Positions 18,958 through 28,098 of a DNA stretch of 64,000 nt are shown piece by piece. A model generated the notes under the pieces. That model saw only the letters and a list, made by a program, of their open reading frames with translations, did not search any database and was not told where the DNA came from. The translations under genes were made by a program, and so were the position numbers. Numbering within the stretch: position 1 is the stretch's first letter; each line of letters begins with the position of its first letter. The stretch comes from an uncultured bacterium (GTDB taxonomy: Bacteria; Armatimonadota; DTGP01; CAYSAW01): positions 89,559 to 153,558 of the forward strand of contig CAYSAW010000006.1 in NCBI GenBank assembly GCA_964429225.1. The letters are read 5' to 3'.

Positions 18958-20172
18958 GTGGGGGCCAACAAAGTGCCTAAGAAGCACTTGGTTTTAAGGG
19001 AGTCGAGTGTTCGCCGGGGGGTGGAGTTTCCTTTCGAGGAGGTGATAGAAGTCACTCGCTCCTTCTCCAATGTGCTAACCTTTGTTCCTTCCTCTAGGGG
19101 GCATCGGTTTGACATCTACACCAAAGATTTTGTAGGGGTTCTTCAAGTCAATGATTGGAAGATCACTATCTTGCCAAAAGGGGGATGGGTAGCTCTTTTC
19201 CCTTTGCTAGCTAAAATCCGTTACTGGCCAGAGATAGAGGGAGATTCTACCACCGCCTATCGGGTTCGTAAGGGTTTCTTAGAAACGGTAGCTGGGTGTT
19301 TTTTGGAGATGCTTAAGCCCCTTCTCCGAAGAGGTTGGGCGGAAGTCTTCCACAAAGAGGCGAATTTCACCCCAACAGTAAGAGGGCGTATTCAGTGGAA
19401 TCTTCCCTCCTACCGGCGTACTCCTCCCTCCTTCTGTTGTGAATATCCCTACCGGACCAAAAACCTCCCGCCGAATCAATTGATCAAGAAGGCTCTTCAA
19501 GCTTTATCCTTTTTCCCTGAGCTAGAGCAAGATTTTAGATCGCAAATTGACCGTTTACTGGAGGATTTAGAGGAGGTGGGGGAGTTAACCCTTCCTCCGG
19601 AAGAAGTGAATGCTCCCTTTCAGCGGCCGGAGTATCGCCCCGTGTTAAACTTAGCTCGTTTAATTGTTGCTGGAACCAGCCCTTACTGCTTATCTGTTGA
19701 TAGTACCTCCTCCCCTCCTTTGCCGGCCTTTCTTCTCTCCTTGTCTCGGATCTTTCAGGATTACGTTACCGCAATTCTTTCGGAGAAGCTAGAGCCGATG
19801 GCTTATTGGGTAAAGCCGGAGCCTCGCTTTCTCCTCTCCTCAGAAGAAAAGTCTTTGGAAATCAAACCCGATCTGGTCCTCTATGATGAGGCTCCTATAG
19901 GGGTTGTGGAAGTTAAGTATAAATACGGGGATAACTTGCCGGCCCCTGAGGATTTCTATCAGGTTGTGACTTATGCTACAATGATGAACATCCAGGAGGC
20001 TTTCTTAGTTTATCCGGGGCGAAGGTCTCCTTTATGCTTCTCTTTAACCCCTCATTTAAGGGTTCATCTCCTCTTCGGTCCTCTTTCGGGAAGCCCCTCC
20101 CAGATAGAGGAAGAGTGGAAAGCTTTGGGAGATTATATTGAGAACCAAATTTCCAAGTTCGTTACCGGGTAG
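18958..20172 (+). CDS. McrC-like nuclease subunit (PD-(D/E)xK)
   Basis: It lies immediately downstream of the McrB-like gene. The C-terminal PD-(D/E)xK-like motif PDLVLYDEAPIGVVEVKYKY is present. GTG start with GGAGG SD. Confidence 0.65.
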   Translation: MGANKVPKKHLVLRESSVRRGVEFPFEEVIEVTRSFSNVLTFVPSSRGHRFDIYTKDFVGVLQVNDWKITILPKGGWVALFPLLAKIRYWPEIEGDSTTAYRVRKGFLETVAGCFLEMLKPLLRRGWAEVFHKEANFTPTVRGRIQWNLPSYRRTPPSFCCEYPYRTKNLPPNQLIKKALQALSFFPELEQDFRSQIDRLLEDLEEVGELTLPPEEVNAPFQRPEYRPVLNLARLIVAGTSPYCLSVDSTSSPPLPAFLLSLSRIFQDYVTAILSEKLEPMAYWVKPEPRFLLSSEEKSLEIKPDLVLYDEAPIGVVEVKYKYGDNLPAPEDFYQVVTYATMMNIQEAFLVYPGRRSPLCFSLTPHLRVHLLFGPLSGSPSQIEEEWKALGDYIENQISKFVTG

Positions 20173-20851
20173 CCTTCCACAGATTCTTTAACCCTTCCAA
20201 GGAGAAGCCAGGGCTTTTGCAGTAATCTATGATGATTCTTTCCCGTTGTTCTACCTCTTGGACTGCCGAAAGGAGCTGGTCAGCAATCTCTAAAGGAATA
20301 AGGAGAACACCATGGCGGTCCGCGTGGAGGAGGTCACCGGGGTGAACAGTAAGGCCTCCTACTTGGACGGGTTGACCATAATCTACGAGATGGACATAGG
20401 CGTGAGAGACCAAGGGAGCTGAGGCGAAGAAGTGGAAGCCTAAACTCCGCACTTCCTCTAGGTCCCGAACACCTCCGTTAGTTACCGTGCCAACGCATCC
20501 CAAAGCTTTATGGATACTTCCGTTGACTTCTCCCCAAAAGGAGCCAATCGGGGGGTAGCCGTCTAAATCTTCTAGAACAACCACTTTGGGGCTGGGTTGA
20601 GAAAGGATATAATCCCACCACTCTTCTCTAGGGATAGATTGGTATCCTTGAGGGGGTTCCTTTGCTCGAATCCGTCCGGTGACTGCATAGCCTACCATTG
20701 GCCCTAACTCCGGAAAGAAACACCGGATTTGGGGAGACATAAAACCTTCACTTCGAGGGCGGATTTGGAACACTTCGATAGCATTAGAGAGGGTGGGGGT
20801 GGAGATTTGGCGTAACTGTTCTAATTGGGTTTCAGAAAGTAACGGGGGCAT
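20162..20851 (-). CDS. RraA family protein (4-hydroxy-4-methyl-2-oxoglutarate aldolase / regulator of RNase E activity-like)
   Basis: Swivelling beta/beta/alpha motif region GCVGTVTNGGVRDLEEV…GGLTVHPGDLLHADRHGVLLIP. Confidence 0.8.
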   Translation of the reverse strand: MPPLLSETQLEQLRQISTPTLSNAIEVFQIRPRSEGFMSPQIRCFFPELGPMVGYAVTGRIRAKEPPQGYQSIPREEWWDYILSQPSPKVVVLEDLDGYPPIGSFWGEVNGSIHKALGCVGTVTNGGVRDLEEVRSLGFHFFASAPLVSHAYVHLVDYGQPVQVGGLTVHPGDLLHADRHGVLLIPLEIADQLLSAVQEVEQRERIIIDYCKSPGFSLEGLKNLWKATR

Positions 20852-21178
20852 AAGTCCTCCTTAATTTTTAATATCCTTTCCCTTCGTCCACTCCGTTCAA
20901 TAAAGGTTCACCCTGGGCAAAACGCCCGGGAAGCAAAGCCGAAGCATCCATCTATTTGTGGGGCGTGTTGGAGAGCTTCTTGGGGGTTACGTGTTTGGGT
21001 GTAAAGGACGTTACCAAAAGAGTAGTCTGCGTGGTAATGGGTGTCAAAGACAAAATGGATCAGCTTGGGGGTTCTTTCTTGAGATTGTAATCCTGCTGAG
21101 GGAAAGGTTAAACTGAGAAGAGTTAGTCTAAAGAGGAACCTGGTGGTAGGGTCTATAATCTCTTTACTTGGTGATGTT

Positions 21179-21640
21179 ATGAAAAATTTTTCCCTCTTGA
21201 TGAGAAAGGCCAGCATTTGGGGGCCTCCTCTCTTTTGGTTAATGGTTATTGCTCTTTTTTCTACGGATCCCTTCTCTTCCCAACATACCCAGACTTGGAT
21301 TACTCGGTGGATGGTTTATCTGGGGGTACCCATTCCTCTCCAAAGGGTCCCCATTATTGATTTTTATGTGCGCAAAAGTGCTCATTTTCTTGAGTACGCG
21401 ACTTTGTCTCTTCTCTGGATCCGGGCTTTCCGTTTAAGTGGTTATCGGTTGCTCCCCTCAATATTAGGAACTCTTTTGATTAGCATTGCTTGGGCTGGAG
21501 CCGATGAGCTTCATCAGAGTTTTGTCCCTTCTCGTACTCCTGCTTTTAAAGACGTTTTGATTGACGCCAGCGGCGGGCTAATGGGTTTGGTCATCGGCTT
21601 AGGCTTTTTCTTTAGGCGGAAAAGAGTTTCGGAACATTAA
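21179..21640 (+). CDS. VanZ-like family membrane protein
   Basis: Four TM helices. Motifs SAHFLEYATLSLL and AGADELHQSFVPSRTPAFKDVLIDASGGLMG match VanZ. Confidence 0.6.
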   Translation: MKNFSLLMRKASIWGPPLFWLMVIALFSTDPFSSQHTQTWITRWMVYLGVPIPLQRVPIIDFYVRKSAHFLEYATLSLLWIRAFRLSGYRLLPSILGTLLISIAWAGADELHQSFVPSRTPAFKDVLIDASGGLMGLVIGLGFFFRRKRVSEH

Positions 21641-21731
21641 AGTGCTAGGCTGTTTGAGAAGGGTTTTCTTTCTCTTCTTTCGGCAATAAGTCCCTGGTTT
21701 GCAAACAATCTTTCCTAACAGGGCTGGCGCT

Positions 21732-22907
21732 TTATCCCTTTTTAACCTCTGCAATCGCTTTTCGAGTCCACTCCAAGTGAGGTTCCAGGGCGATACCGTA
21801 GTGGTAGAAGTTGATGTTCTCCACCTCTGCCCGAGCACCGGCGAGAGCATTGGCTCTAATCTCTTCTTCCCGAGTCGTGGCTGGAGGGAATATGCATAGA
21901 CCGAGGGCTTTTTTACATTTATTGCCGACCAGCCCGGCTAAGTGGTGGAGGGCGGTTTCTACCACTCCTGTTTGAGGAGTATAAGCCAAAACCATTACCT
22001 TATCCACAATATCTGCAACCTCTTGGATCGGCGCTCCGGATTCCAATCGGCTTCCCATATCGTAGAAGCAGAGAGGGGCTGAAGAAGCCGATTTCAAATT
22101 ATTGAGAAATTCCTTCACTATCTTCTCTCTGACGCGTTGAAATCGGCGAAGCGGAGGATGCTGGGCTAGGAATTCGTCCACACTCACTCCGTGAGGTCTG
22201 CCCTCCGTAAAAGATTGTTTCAGCGTCTGTTCTACGGGAGCACGAATCTCTGAGGTTTCTAAGCCTGCTTCTTGAGCTGCTTTGAAGCAGTGGGGGCAGA
22301 AGCAGAGCGAGAGTAAGTAGTGTTCCAGAGGGCCGGGAGTAAAGGCGATCTTCTCGTGGCCATGGCTGTGTCCTATTCCCCCATAGCCCGCTGACTCCAA
22401 TTCCACTTCTGCGATCGGGTATCTCTGGGTGAGGTCAGAGAGGAGAAGGGTTAGGAATTCTTGTACCGCAGGATTAGCTGGGCAGAGGTTTGTAGGATAG
22501 CCTATTCCGAAGACGTTCTGCATCTGAGCTTCTGGGTGCCGGCGACCAATCTCAGAATTATGGAGACAGACAGTCCAAGAAACAAGCCGAAGCCCCGTTT
22601 TATCACAGGCTCGAGCTACTTTTTCCAGAGGGTCAGAAGAGGGATCGGCCGTGTACAAGGGGGGCTTTAAGGGGGATTTCTCTAGGGTCTTTTCTGTGAG
22701 CCGAAAATAGACTCTGCCCTCTGATCGGTAGAGGGAGGGGGAGGGGCCTCGTAGCCGCCAGTGCTCTACACTGTGGTAAATCGTCGCTACACTAACGCCC
22801 TCTACCCCAAGGTCTTCTTTAAGCCTCTTGGCGCAAACCTCTGGGCCTTCTTCCAGAAAGTCCCAGATATAAGCCCACATTCGTGTCTCAGGCATTTTCT
22901 CCCTCAC
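21732..22907 (-). CDS. Hypothetical protein (possible glycoside-hydrolase-like TIM-barrel with N-terminal winged-helix-like segment)
   Basis: The 391-aa ORF has coding-like composition. No diagnostic motif was recognised. Segments such as ELESAGYGGIGHSHGHEKIAF are suggestive only. Confidence 0.4.
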   Translation of the reverse strand: MREKMPETRMWAYIWDFLEEGPEVCAKRLKEDLGVEGVSVATIYHSVEHWRLRGPSPSLYRSEGRVYFRLTEKTLEKSPLKPPLYTADPSSDPLEKVARACDKTGLRLVSWTVCLHNSEIGRRHPEAQMQNVFGIGYPTNLCPANPAVQEFLTLLLSDLTQRYPIAEVELESAGYGGIGHSHGHEKIAFTPGPLEHYLLSLCFCPHCFKAAQEAGLETSEIRAPVEQTLKQSFTEGRPHGVSVDEFLAQHPPLRRFQRVREKIVKEFLNNLKSASSAPLCFYDMGSRLESGAPIQEVADIVDKVMVLAYTPQTGVVETALHHLAGLVGNKCKKALGLCIFPPATTREEEIRANALAGARAEVENINFYHYGIALEPHLEWTRKAIAEVKKG

Positions 22908-23293
22908 TTTTCCGGCAATTTAGCAATGACATCAATCTCCACCTTCATTCCACCACCAAGACCTGCTTGAACAGTAGTCCGAGCGGGTTTTGGATCGGGG
23001 AACCATCGGGCATAAACCTCATTCATTGCTTGGAAATCGTTTAGGTCCCTGAGAAAAACAGAGACCTTCACTACATCAGCCATTGTAGCCCCAGCAGCTT
23101 CCAAAATAGCTTGGATATTACGAAGAGTTCGTTCCGTCTCTTCCCGGATATCGCCCAGCACGAATTCGCCGGTGGCAGGATCAATAGGGCCTTGTCCCGC
23201 TACAAAAACGAAGCCTCCACAGAGGATACCCGGGGAATAAGGGCCTTTCGGAGCGGGGGCGTTAGAAGGTGCTATTGCTTTCTTCTCAGCCAA
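22904..23293 (-). CDS. ridA: RidA family reactive-intermediate (enamine/imine) deaminase
   Basis: APKGPYSPGILCGGFVFVAGQGPIDPATGEF…TLRNIQAILEAAGATMADVVKVSVFL is typical of YjgF/RidA. The probable TTG start at 23293, with a GAGAGG SD, avoids a 59-nt overlap with the upstream D-aminoacylase. The ORF track extends to 23344. Confidence 0.75.
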   Translation of the reverse strand: MAEKKAIAPSNAPAPKGPYSPGILCGGFVFVAGQGPIDPATGEFVLGDIREETERTLRNIQAILEAAGATMADVVKVSVFLRDLNDFQAMNEVYARWFPDPKPARTTVQAGLGGGMKVEIDVIAKLPEK

Positions 23294-24860
23294 GGTTTTC
23301 ACCTCTCTTGAGTACTTTTCCCGGAGTCGCCCCGGTGTGCTCACCCTGAGCCACTACGGGCACTCCGTTAACAAAAACCCACTCAATACCCTGAGGGAAG
23401 CGGCAAGGATCATCATAAGTTGCCAAGTCTTGAACTCTTTGGGGGTCAAAGACTACCAAGTCCGCTGCGTATCCCGGAGCAATCCTCCCTCGGTCTCTCA
23501 GGCCGACACGTTCCGCGGTTGCTCCCGTCATTTTGTAAATCGCTTCTTCTAGGGAGAGGAGAGAAAGGTCCCTCCAGTAACGGGCGAGAATGCGTGGGAA
23601 ACAGCCGTAAAGGCGAGGGTGGGTTTTCCCCGGAAGATGCAGACCATCCGAGCCTACTCGTTGAGCAGGGTGCTTGAGCATCGCTTGGAGGTCTTCTTCA
23701 AAAGCCTGGTGACGGATGAAACAGACCTTAAGGTTCTCCTTGATCAACAGATCACAGATAACCTCCGGTTCAGAAATCTCCTTTTGGCGGGCGATTTCGG
23801 ATAGAGGTAACCCTTCAAAGGGAAGGTAGTCAGGATGGTGTACCCCTACGATATGGACTTGGCTCCAGTCTTGACGCGAAGAGGCCAAAGCCTCCTGAAT
23901 CTGTTGGCGAGATTGGGGAGAATCCAGCCGGGCCAAGAGGGCCGAGGGACCTCCTTCCTGCGCCCAATAGGGGAGAAGAGCTGACAACAGAGTGGACCCC
24001 GCTAGGTAAGGGTAGGTGTCACAAGTCACATCAATTCCCTGAGACCAAGCCTGTTCGATTCTTTCGAGAATTGCTTGCGATCGTCCTTTGGCTTGAGGTC
24101 CTGTGGGGTGGAGGTGAGAGACTTGCACGGGGCAACCAGCTTGGTCAGCGATAAGGAGGGCTTCCTCGAGGGCGGAGAGAATGCCCTCTCCATAGTCGCG
24201 CATATGGATAGCGTAGAAACCTCCATAGCCGGCCACTACCCGGCAGATTCGCACTACCTCCTCTTGGTCGGCGAAGGACATCGGCGCATACCAGAGGCCC
24301 GTAGAAAGTCCCCAGGCTCCTTCCTCCATTCCTTGGCGGACCATCTTCTCCATTTGGGTTTTTTCTTCTTCGGTAGCGGGCCGGCGCTCCATTCCCATAA
24401 CGGACACTCGAATTGCTCCGTGAGGAATGAGGTAGGCACAATTCACCGAGGTTCGACCATCTAGGAGACTGAGGTACTCTTGCACTGATTGCCAGTTCCA
24501 AAAGATCCCACGATCCTCACCAAAAAGCCCTAAGAGATATTCCCGTTGGAGGCGAAGGCCCTGGGGGGTGGCGGGAGCAAAACCCAAACCACAATTGGAG
24601 AAGATTTCGGTAGTAACCCCTTGCCGAACCTTAGGTTGATGTTTGGGGTCTGTTAGAAGGGCAAGGTCGGCGTGAGCGTGGATGTCGATGAAACCGGGGC
24701 AGAGGACTTTCCCTGTAATATCTATTTCCTGAAGAGCCTGAAGGCCCTCGAGGCGTCCTAAGCTTACAATTCGACCCGCTTTAACTGCTACATCCCCTGG
24801 AAAAGCGGGGGCACCTGTACCATCAACAATGGTTCCTTTCTTCAATAAAAGATCCACCAT
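23286..24860 (-). CDS. N-acyl-D-amino-acid deacylase (D-aminoacylase), amidohydrolase superfamily
   Basis: N-terminus MVDLLLKKGTIVDGTG…GRIVSLG and metal-binding GFIDIHAHADL. An AAGGTGG SD lies 5 nt upstream of the ATG at 24860. The longer track start is 24896. Confidence 0.8.
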   Translation of the reverse strand: MVDLLLKKGTIVDGTGAPAFPGDVAVKAGRIVSLGRLEGLQALQEIDITGKVLCPGFIDIHAHADLALLTDPKHQPKVRQGVTTEIFSNCGLGFAPATPQGLRLQREYLLGLFGEDRGIFWNWQSVQEYLSLLDGRTSVNCAYLIPHGAIRVSVMGMERRPATEEEKTQMEKMVRQGMEEGAWGLSTGLWYAPMSFADQEEVVRICRVVAGYGGFYAIHMRDYGEGILSALEEALLIADQAGCPVQVSHLHPTGPQAKGRSQAILERIEQAWSQGIDVTCDTYPYLAGSTLLSALLPYWAQEGGPSALLARLDSPQSRQQIQEALASSRQDWSQVHIVGVHHPDYLPFEGLPLSEIARQKEISEPEVICDLLIKENLKVCFIRHQAFEEDLQAMLKHPAQRVGSDGLHLPGKTHPRLYGCFPRILARYWRDLSLLSLEEAIYKMTGATAERVGLRDRGRIAPGYAADLVVFDPQRVQDLATYDDPCRFPQGIEWVFVNGVPVVAQGEHTGATPGKVLKRGENLG

Positions 24861-24899
24861 ATTACCACCTTTTATTCCTAGAGTGGGGGGCATCATTGT

Positions 24900-25925
24900 T
24901 TACGTTTCTACCTTGGGTCTTTTTCCCATTCCTTGGGAAGAGGGTTCTCCTCTTGATAGAGATTCAGAAGAGAGGATTTCTTTTACAGAGTATATTGGTT
25001 TTCCTTGAGATTCGTAGTAGGTCCGAACGACGAGCTCAGCGATCAAGCCAAGGCTGATGAACTGTACCCCTAGGATCATTAGGAGGATGCCGAGGAAGAG
25101 GAGGGGTTCATGGTGAGCGTAGGGGATACCCTGGAAAAACTTACGAAAGGTGAGGATCCCTAAGATGCCGAAGCCGGCTCCTCCCAGTAGCAGTCCGATA
25201 AGGCCGAAGAAACGCAGAGGCTGGCGGGAGTAGGAGATGAGGAATTTCACAGCAATAATATCTAAAAGCACTCTCCAGGTCCTGCCCAGCCCATATTTGG
25301 ACTGCCCGCGCTCTCTGGGGTAGAGGTGTACGGGTACTTCGATGATCCGAGCGCCGATACTCGCAGCTAGCGCAGGGATGAAGCGGTGCATTTCGCCGTA
25401 GAGCTTGATCTCCTCCAGGATCTCCCGACGGTAGGCCTTAAAGGTAGAGCCAAAGTCGTGGAGGGGTACTCCGCTGAGCCAGCGGATGATCCGGTTGGCA
25501 ACGAAAGAAGGGAACTTGCGTAGGAAGGGATCCTTTCGGTTTTTCCTCCATCCACTGGCGATGTCATATCCTTCCTCTATCTTTTCCAAAAGAGCGGGAA
25601 TATCCTCTGGGTGATATTGAAGGTCGGCATCCATTGCAATCACAATTTGACCTTGGGCGTAGTGGAAGCCTGCGGATAAGGCGGCGGTTTGCCCAAAGTT
25701 GCGGCGAAGGCGGATGACTTTTAAAAAGGGGTATCGTTGGCACAAAGACCTTACTAGGTGAACAGTTTCATCCGTAGAACCATCGTCTACCAATATTAAC
25801 TCGTAGGAATATCCTAAGGGTTGGAGGTATTCCTGAATAGCGGAACAAAGGGGTTCTAAATTTTCGGCTTCGTTATAGGCAGGAACGACTACCGAGAGAT
25901 AGGGGGATTTCTCTGCTCGGGACAT
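24900..25925 (-). CDS. Glycosyltransferase family 2 (polyprenyl-phosphate sugar transferase, DPM1/ArnC/GtrB-like)
   Basis: LSVVVPAYNEAENL and DDGSTDET motifs. C-terminal TM helices are typical of GtrB/ArnC-type GT2. Confidence 0.8.
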   Translation of the reverse strand: MSRAEKSPYLSVVVPAYNEAENLEPLCSAIQEYLQPLGYSYELILVDDGSTDETVHLVRSLCQRYPFLKVIRLRRNFGQTAALSAGFHYAQGQIVIAMDADLQYHPEDIPALLEKIEEGYDIASGWRKNRKDPFLRKFPSFVANRIIRWLSGVPLHDFGSTFKAYRREILEEIKLYGEMHRFIPALAASIGARIIEVPVHLYPRERGQSKYGLGRTWRVLLDIIAVKFLISYSRQPLRFFGLIGLLLGGAGFGILGILTFRKFFQGIPYAHHEPLLFLGILLMILGVQFISLGLIAELVVRTYYESQGKPIYSVKEILSSESLSRGEPSSQGMGKRPKVET

Positions 25926-26782
25926 TAACGGATGTATTCCTCCAAGATTCTATAGGAGATCAGATGAATCTGCTCCTCTTCTTTCACTCTCTTCAAACGA
26001 TCATCCCGAAGGACTGCCAGTTCCTTTTCCCGGGATTCCACTAAGCGGGTAGGTAATTGGCTGAGGAGGGGATCGACTTTCCCTGGATGGAACATAACCT
26101 CCGTTACTCCTGGAGGGAGATGGCGGAGAACCTCTTCGAGTTTTTGAACCGTCCAAGCTCCGGTGAGGGCAACACCGTAGAAAGAATCGGGGGTACTCCA
26201 ACCTTGTTGGTATAACCTTTTTCGTGCTCGTCGAGCCAAAGGGGCTAGGATTTGAGCCCGGAGCCGGCCCTTAATCGGCGCTCGGAGGTCTTTGCCGAAG
26301 GAAGCCTCTAAAGGGCACCGGCAACGCCGGATCTGGTATTCTTCGCCAATTTCGAGGAGAATTTCTAAGATCGGCGGAAGGATATGAATATGTTTATGAC
26401 TGTCGAAATGGCTTGGTGTAATACCTTTCTCTAAGACGCGCTCAATTTGGGCTTGGAGTTCCTCTTTAATTCGCTTTTGCTCCTGGGAGCGGGAGGCGAT
26501 GATCCATAATCGAAGGAGAGAGTGTTGAAAGTTCCCCCTCTTCGTTACCAAAGGCCCTCGATGAGACCGAGCCGATAGAGGTTTTCCCCAAGTGAGGGTG
26601 AGATGAATGCCTAGGTCCAGAGCTGGGTGAGTTTGGGCAAGATAGACCGCTTTTTCAAAGGCGAGACCATTGGCCATTAGGGTAGCAGAAGTCAGTAGGC
26701 CTTTTTGGTGAGCTTCAATAATCCCCTCGTTGATCCCAGGAGTAAGCCCAAAATCATCAGCGTTCAGGATCAGAGCCCGCAT
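25925..26782 (-). CDS. YdjC/ChbG family carbohydrate deacetylase (HpnK-like)
   Basis: N-terminus MRALILNADDFGLTPGINEGIIEAHQKGLLTSATLMANG is the YdjC signature. It overlaps the GT2 start by 1 nt (translational coupling). Confidence 0.75.
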   Translation of the reverse strand: MRALILNADDFGLTPGINEGIIEAHQKGLLTSATLMANGLAFEKAVYLAQTHPALDLGIHLTLTWGKPLSARSHRGPLVTKRGNFQHSLLRLWIIASRSQEQKRIKEELQAQIERVLEKGITPSHFDSHKHIHILPPILEILLEIGEEYQIRRCRCPLEASFGKDLRAPIKGRLRAQILAPLARRARKRLYQQGWSTPDSFYGVALTGAWTVQKLEEVLRHLPPGVTEVMFHPGKVDPLLSQLPTRLVESREKELAVLRDDRLKRVKEEEQIHLISYRILEEYIR

Positions 26783-26795
26783 CCTTTGTTCCTTG

Positions 26796-27887
26796 CTATC
26801 TTACTTTGCCCCGAGCGGACACCCTCCAAAGGACTTCCACTGTTCCCCGCCGGTGAATCACCAGCTCGTCGTGGAGGTTTACGCAAACGCATACGTGATT
26901 CGGAATCCAAGATAGACGGTCGCCCACTTTATATTGGACAGGAGAATCGCCGGTTTGAACGAAGCCGTGCTCTTCGTTCATCTTGATCAACAGGAGGTGC
27001 TCATCCTCAGGACAGATAGCGTAACCTTGGCCACCAGTGATAAGGGGATCACTAAAGAAGCTTTTGCTCCCGCCATCAATAATCATCTGCCCTGGTACGG
27101 CTGTGCTTACTACCGTGGTGAGCACTCGGAGAGCGCAGTCTTGAAGGGAAGCGGAACCTTCTGCAAGGGTATTCCGGTCGTTAAAAACATAAGTGCCTGG
27201 TCGGATTTCCGTCACCCCCGGCAGGAGGTGCATATAAAAGAGGTTGGGGGTGGAACCTGCGCTGACGATCTCGGGTTCTAGGCCTTCCCGAGTCAACTGA
27301 TCGAGGATTTGGGCAATGCGGTCGCCTTCGGCCCGCATCCCTTGTTCTCTCTCCTCTGGGGTTCCCCGGATATGCCCTTGGTAGGTCATTAGGCCTCGCC
27401 ATTCCACCCCTTTGAGTTGGGAGGCATATTGGCAGAGGCGAATCAACTCCGGCCCTGGGGCGAGGCCACATCGATGAAGCCCCGTATCTGCTTCCACAAG
27501 AACCCCAATAGGAGTCCCTGCGGATCTGCCCGCCTGAGCCACCTCCTCAAGACACTCCTGGGAATCGAGGGCTACGGTAACCCGAGCCTTTTGAGCGAGC
27601 TGAGACAACCTCTGCCTCTTCTCCTTCCCTATAATAGGATAGGCAAGGAGGATGTCTTCAAGACCTCCTTCCGCCATTACTTCTGCTTCTCCTAGTTTGG
27701 CACAGGTAATCCCTACCGCGCCGTAATCCTGCTGAAGCCGGGCAATTTCGATGCACTTATGGGTTTTGATATGGGGCCGCAGTTTGAGGTGGTGCTGTTG
27801 AGCGTATTCGGCGGCCCGGCGGAGATTCTTCTCTAGAATCTCTCGGTCCACAATGATTACAGGGGTATCGAGATCATAGATGGTCAT
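26796..27887 (-). CDS. DSD1 family PLP enzyme (D-serine dehydratase-like / D-threonine aldolase, alanine-racemase N-terminal fold)
   Basis: IIVDREILEKNLRRAAEYAQQHHLKLRPHIKTHKC, with the PLP Lys in the PHIKTHK context. The C-terminal domain matches the D-serine-deaminase-like family. Confidence 0.7.
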   Translation of the reverse strand: MTIYDLDTPVIIVDREILEKNLRRAAEYAQQHHLKLRPHIKTHKCIEIARLQQDYGAVGITCAKLGEAEVMAEGGLEDILLAYPIIGKEKRQRLSQLAQKARVTVALDSQECLEEVAQAGRSAGTPIGVLVEADTGLHRCGLAPGPELIRLCQYASQLKGVEWRGLMTYQGHIRGTPEEREQGMRAEGDRIAQILDQLTREGLEPEIVSAGSTPNLFYMHLLPGVTEIRPGTYVFNDRNTLAEGSASLQDCALRVLTTVVSTAVPGQMIIDGGSKSFFSDPLITGGQGYAICPEDEHLLLIKMNEEHGFVQTGDSPVQYKVGDRLSWIPNHVCVCVNLHDELVIHRRGTVEVLWRVSARGKVR

Positions 27888-28098
27888 TAAAGAGACCCTC
27901 CCTGCACAGATTCGGTTTGGAGGGGGATAATCCTTCTAGAGGGGGTTCTCCAACCCCCTCTGCCTGTGAGGAGGGAGAGTTTGAGAGATTGGTTCATCTC
28001 TAGGTTAAAGAGAGCAGGGCTCTTCTTTTTGATGGAGGATTACTCTTATAGCTGGCGAAGGCAGAGCTGGAAGACTAGAGTGGAGGAGGAAGAGAACG

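Noticed and set aside
20908-21216. 102-aa minus-strand ORF between RraA and VanZ genes
   Set aside because: It has no RBS context or recognisable motif, and it overlaps the VanZ-like gene's start region. It may be a gene remnant, but the evidence is insufficient.
25925-26782. Calling the GT2 + YdjC pair a hopanoid HpnI/HpnK module
   Set aside because: The family-level resemblance exists, but no shc/hpnJ/hpnH genes are present in the window. The pair is embedded in an amino-acid-metabolism cluster, so it is left as generic GT2/YdjC.
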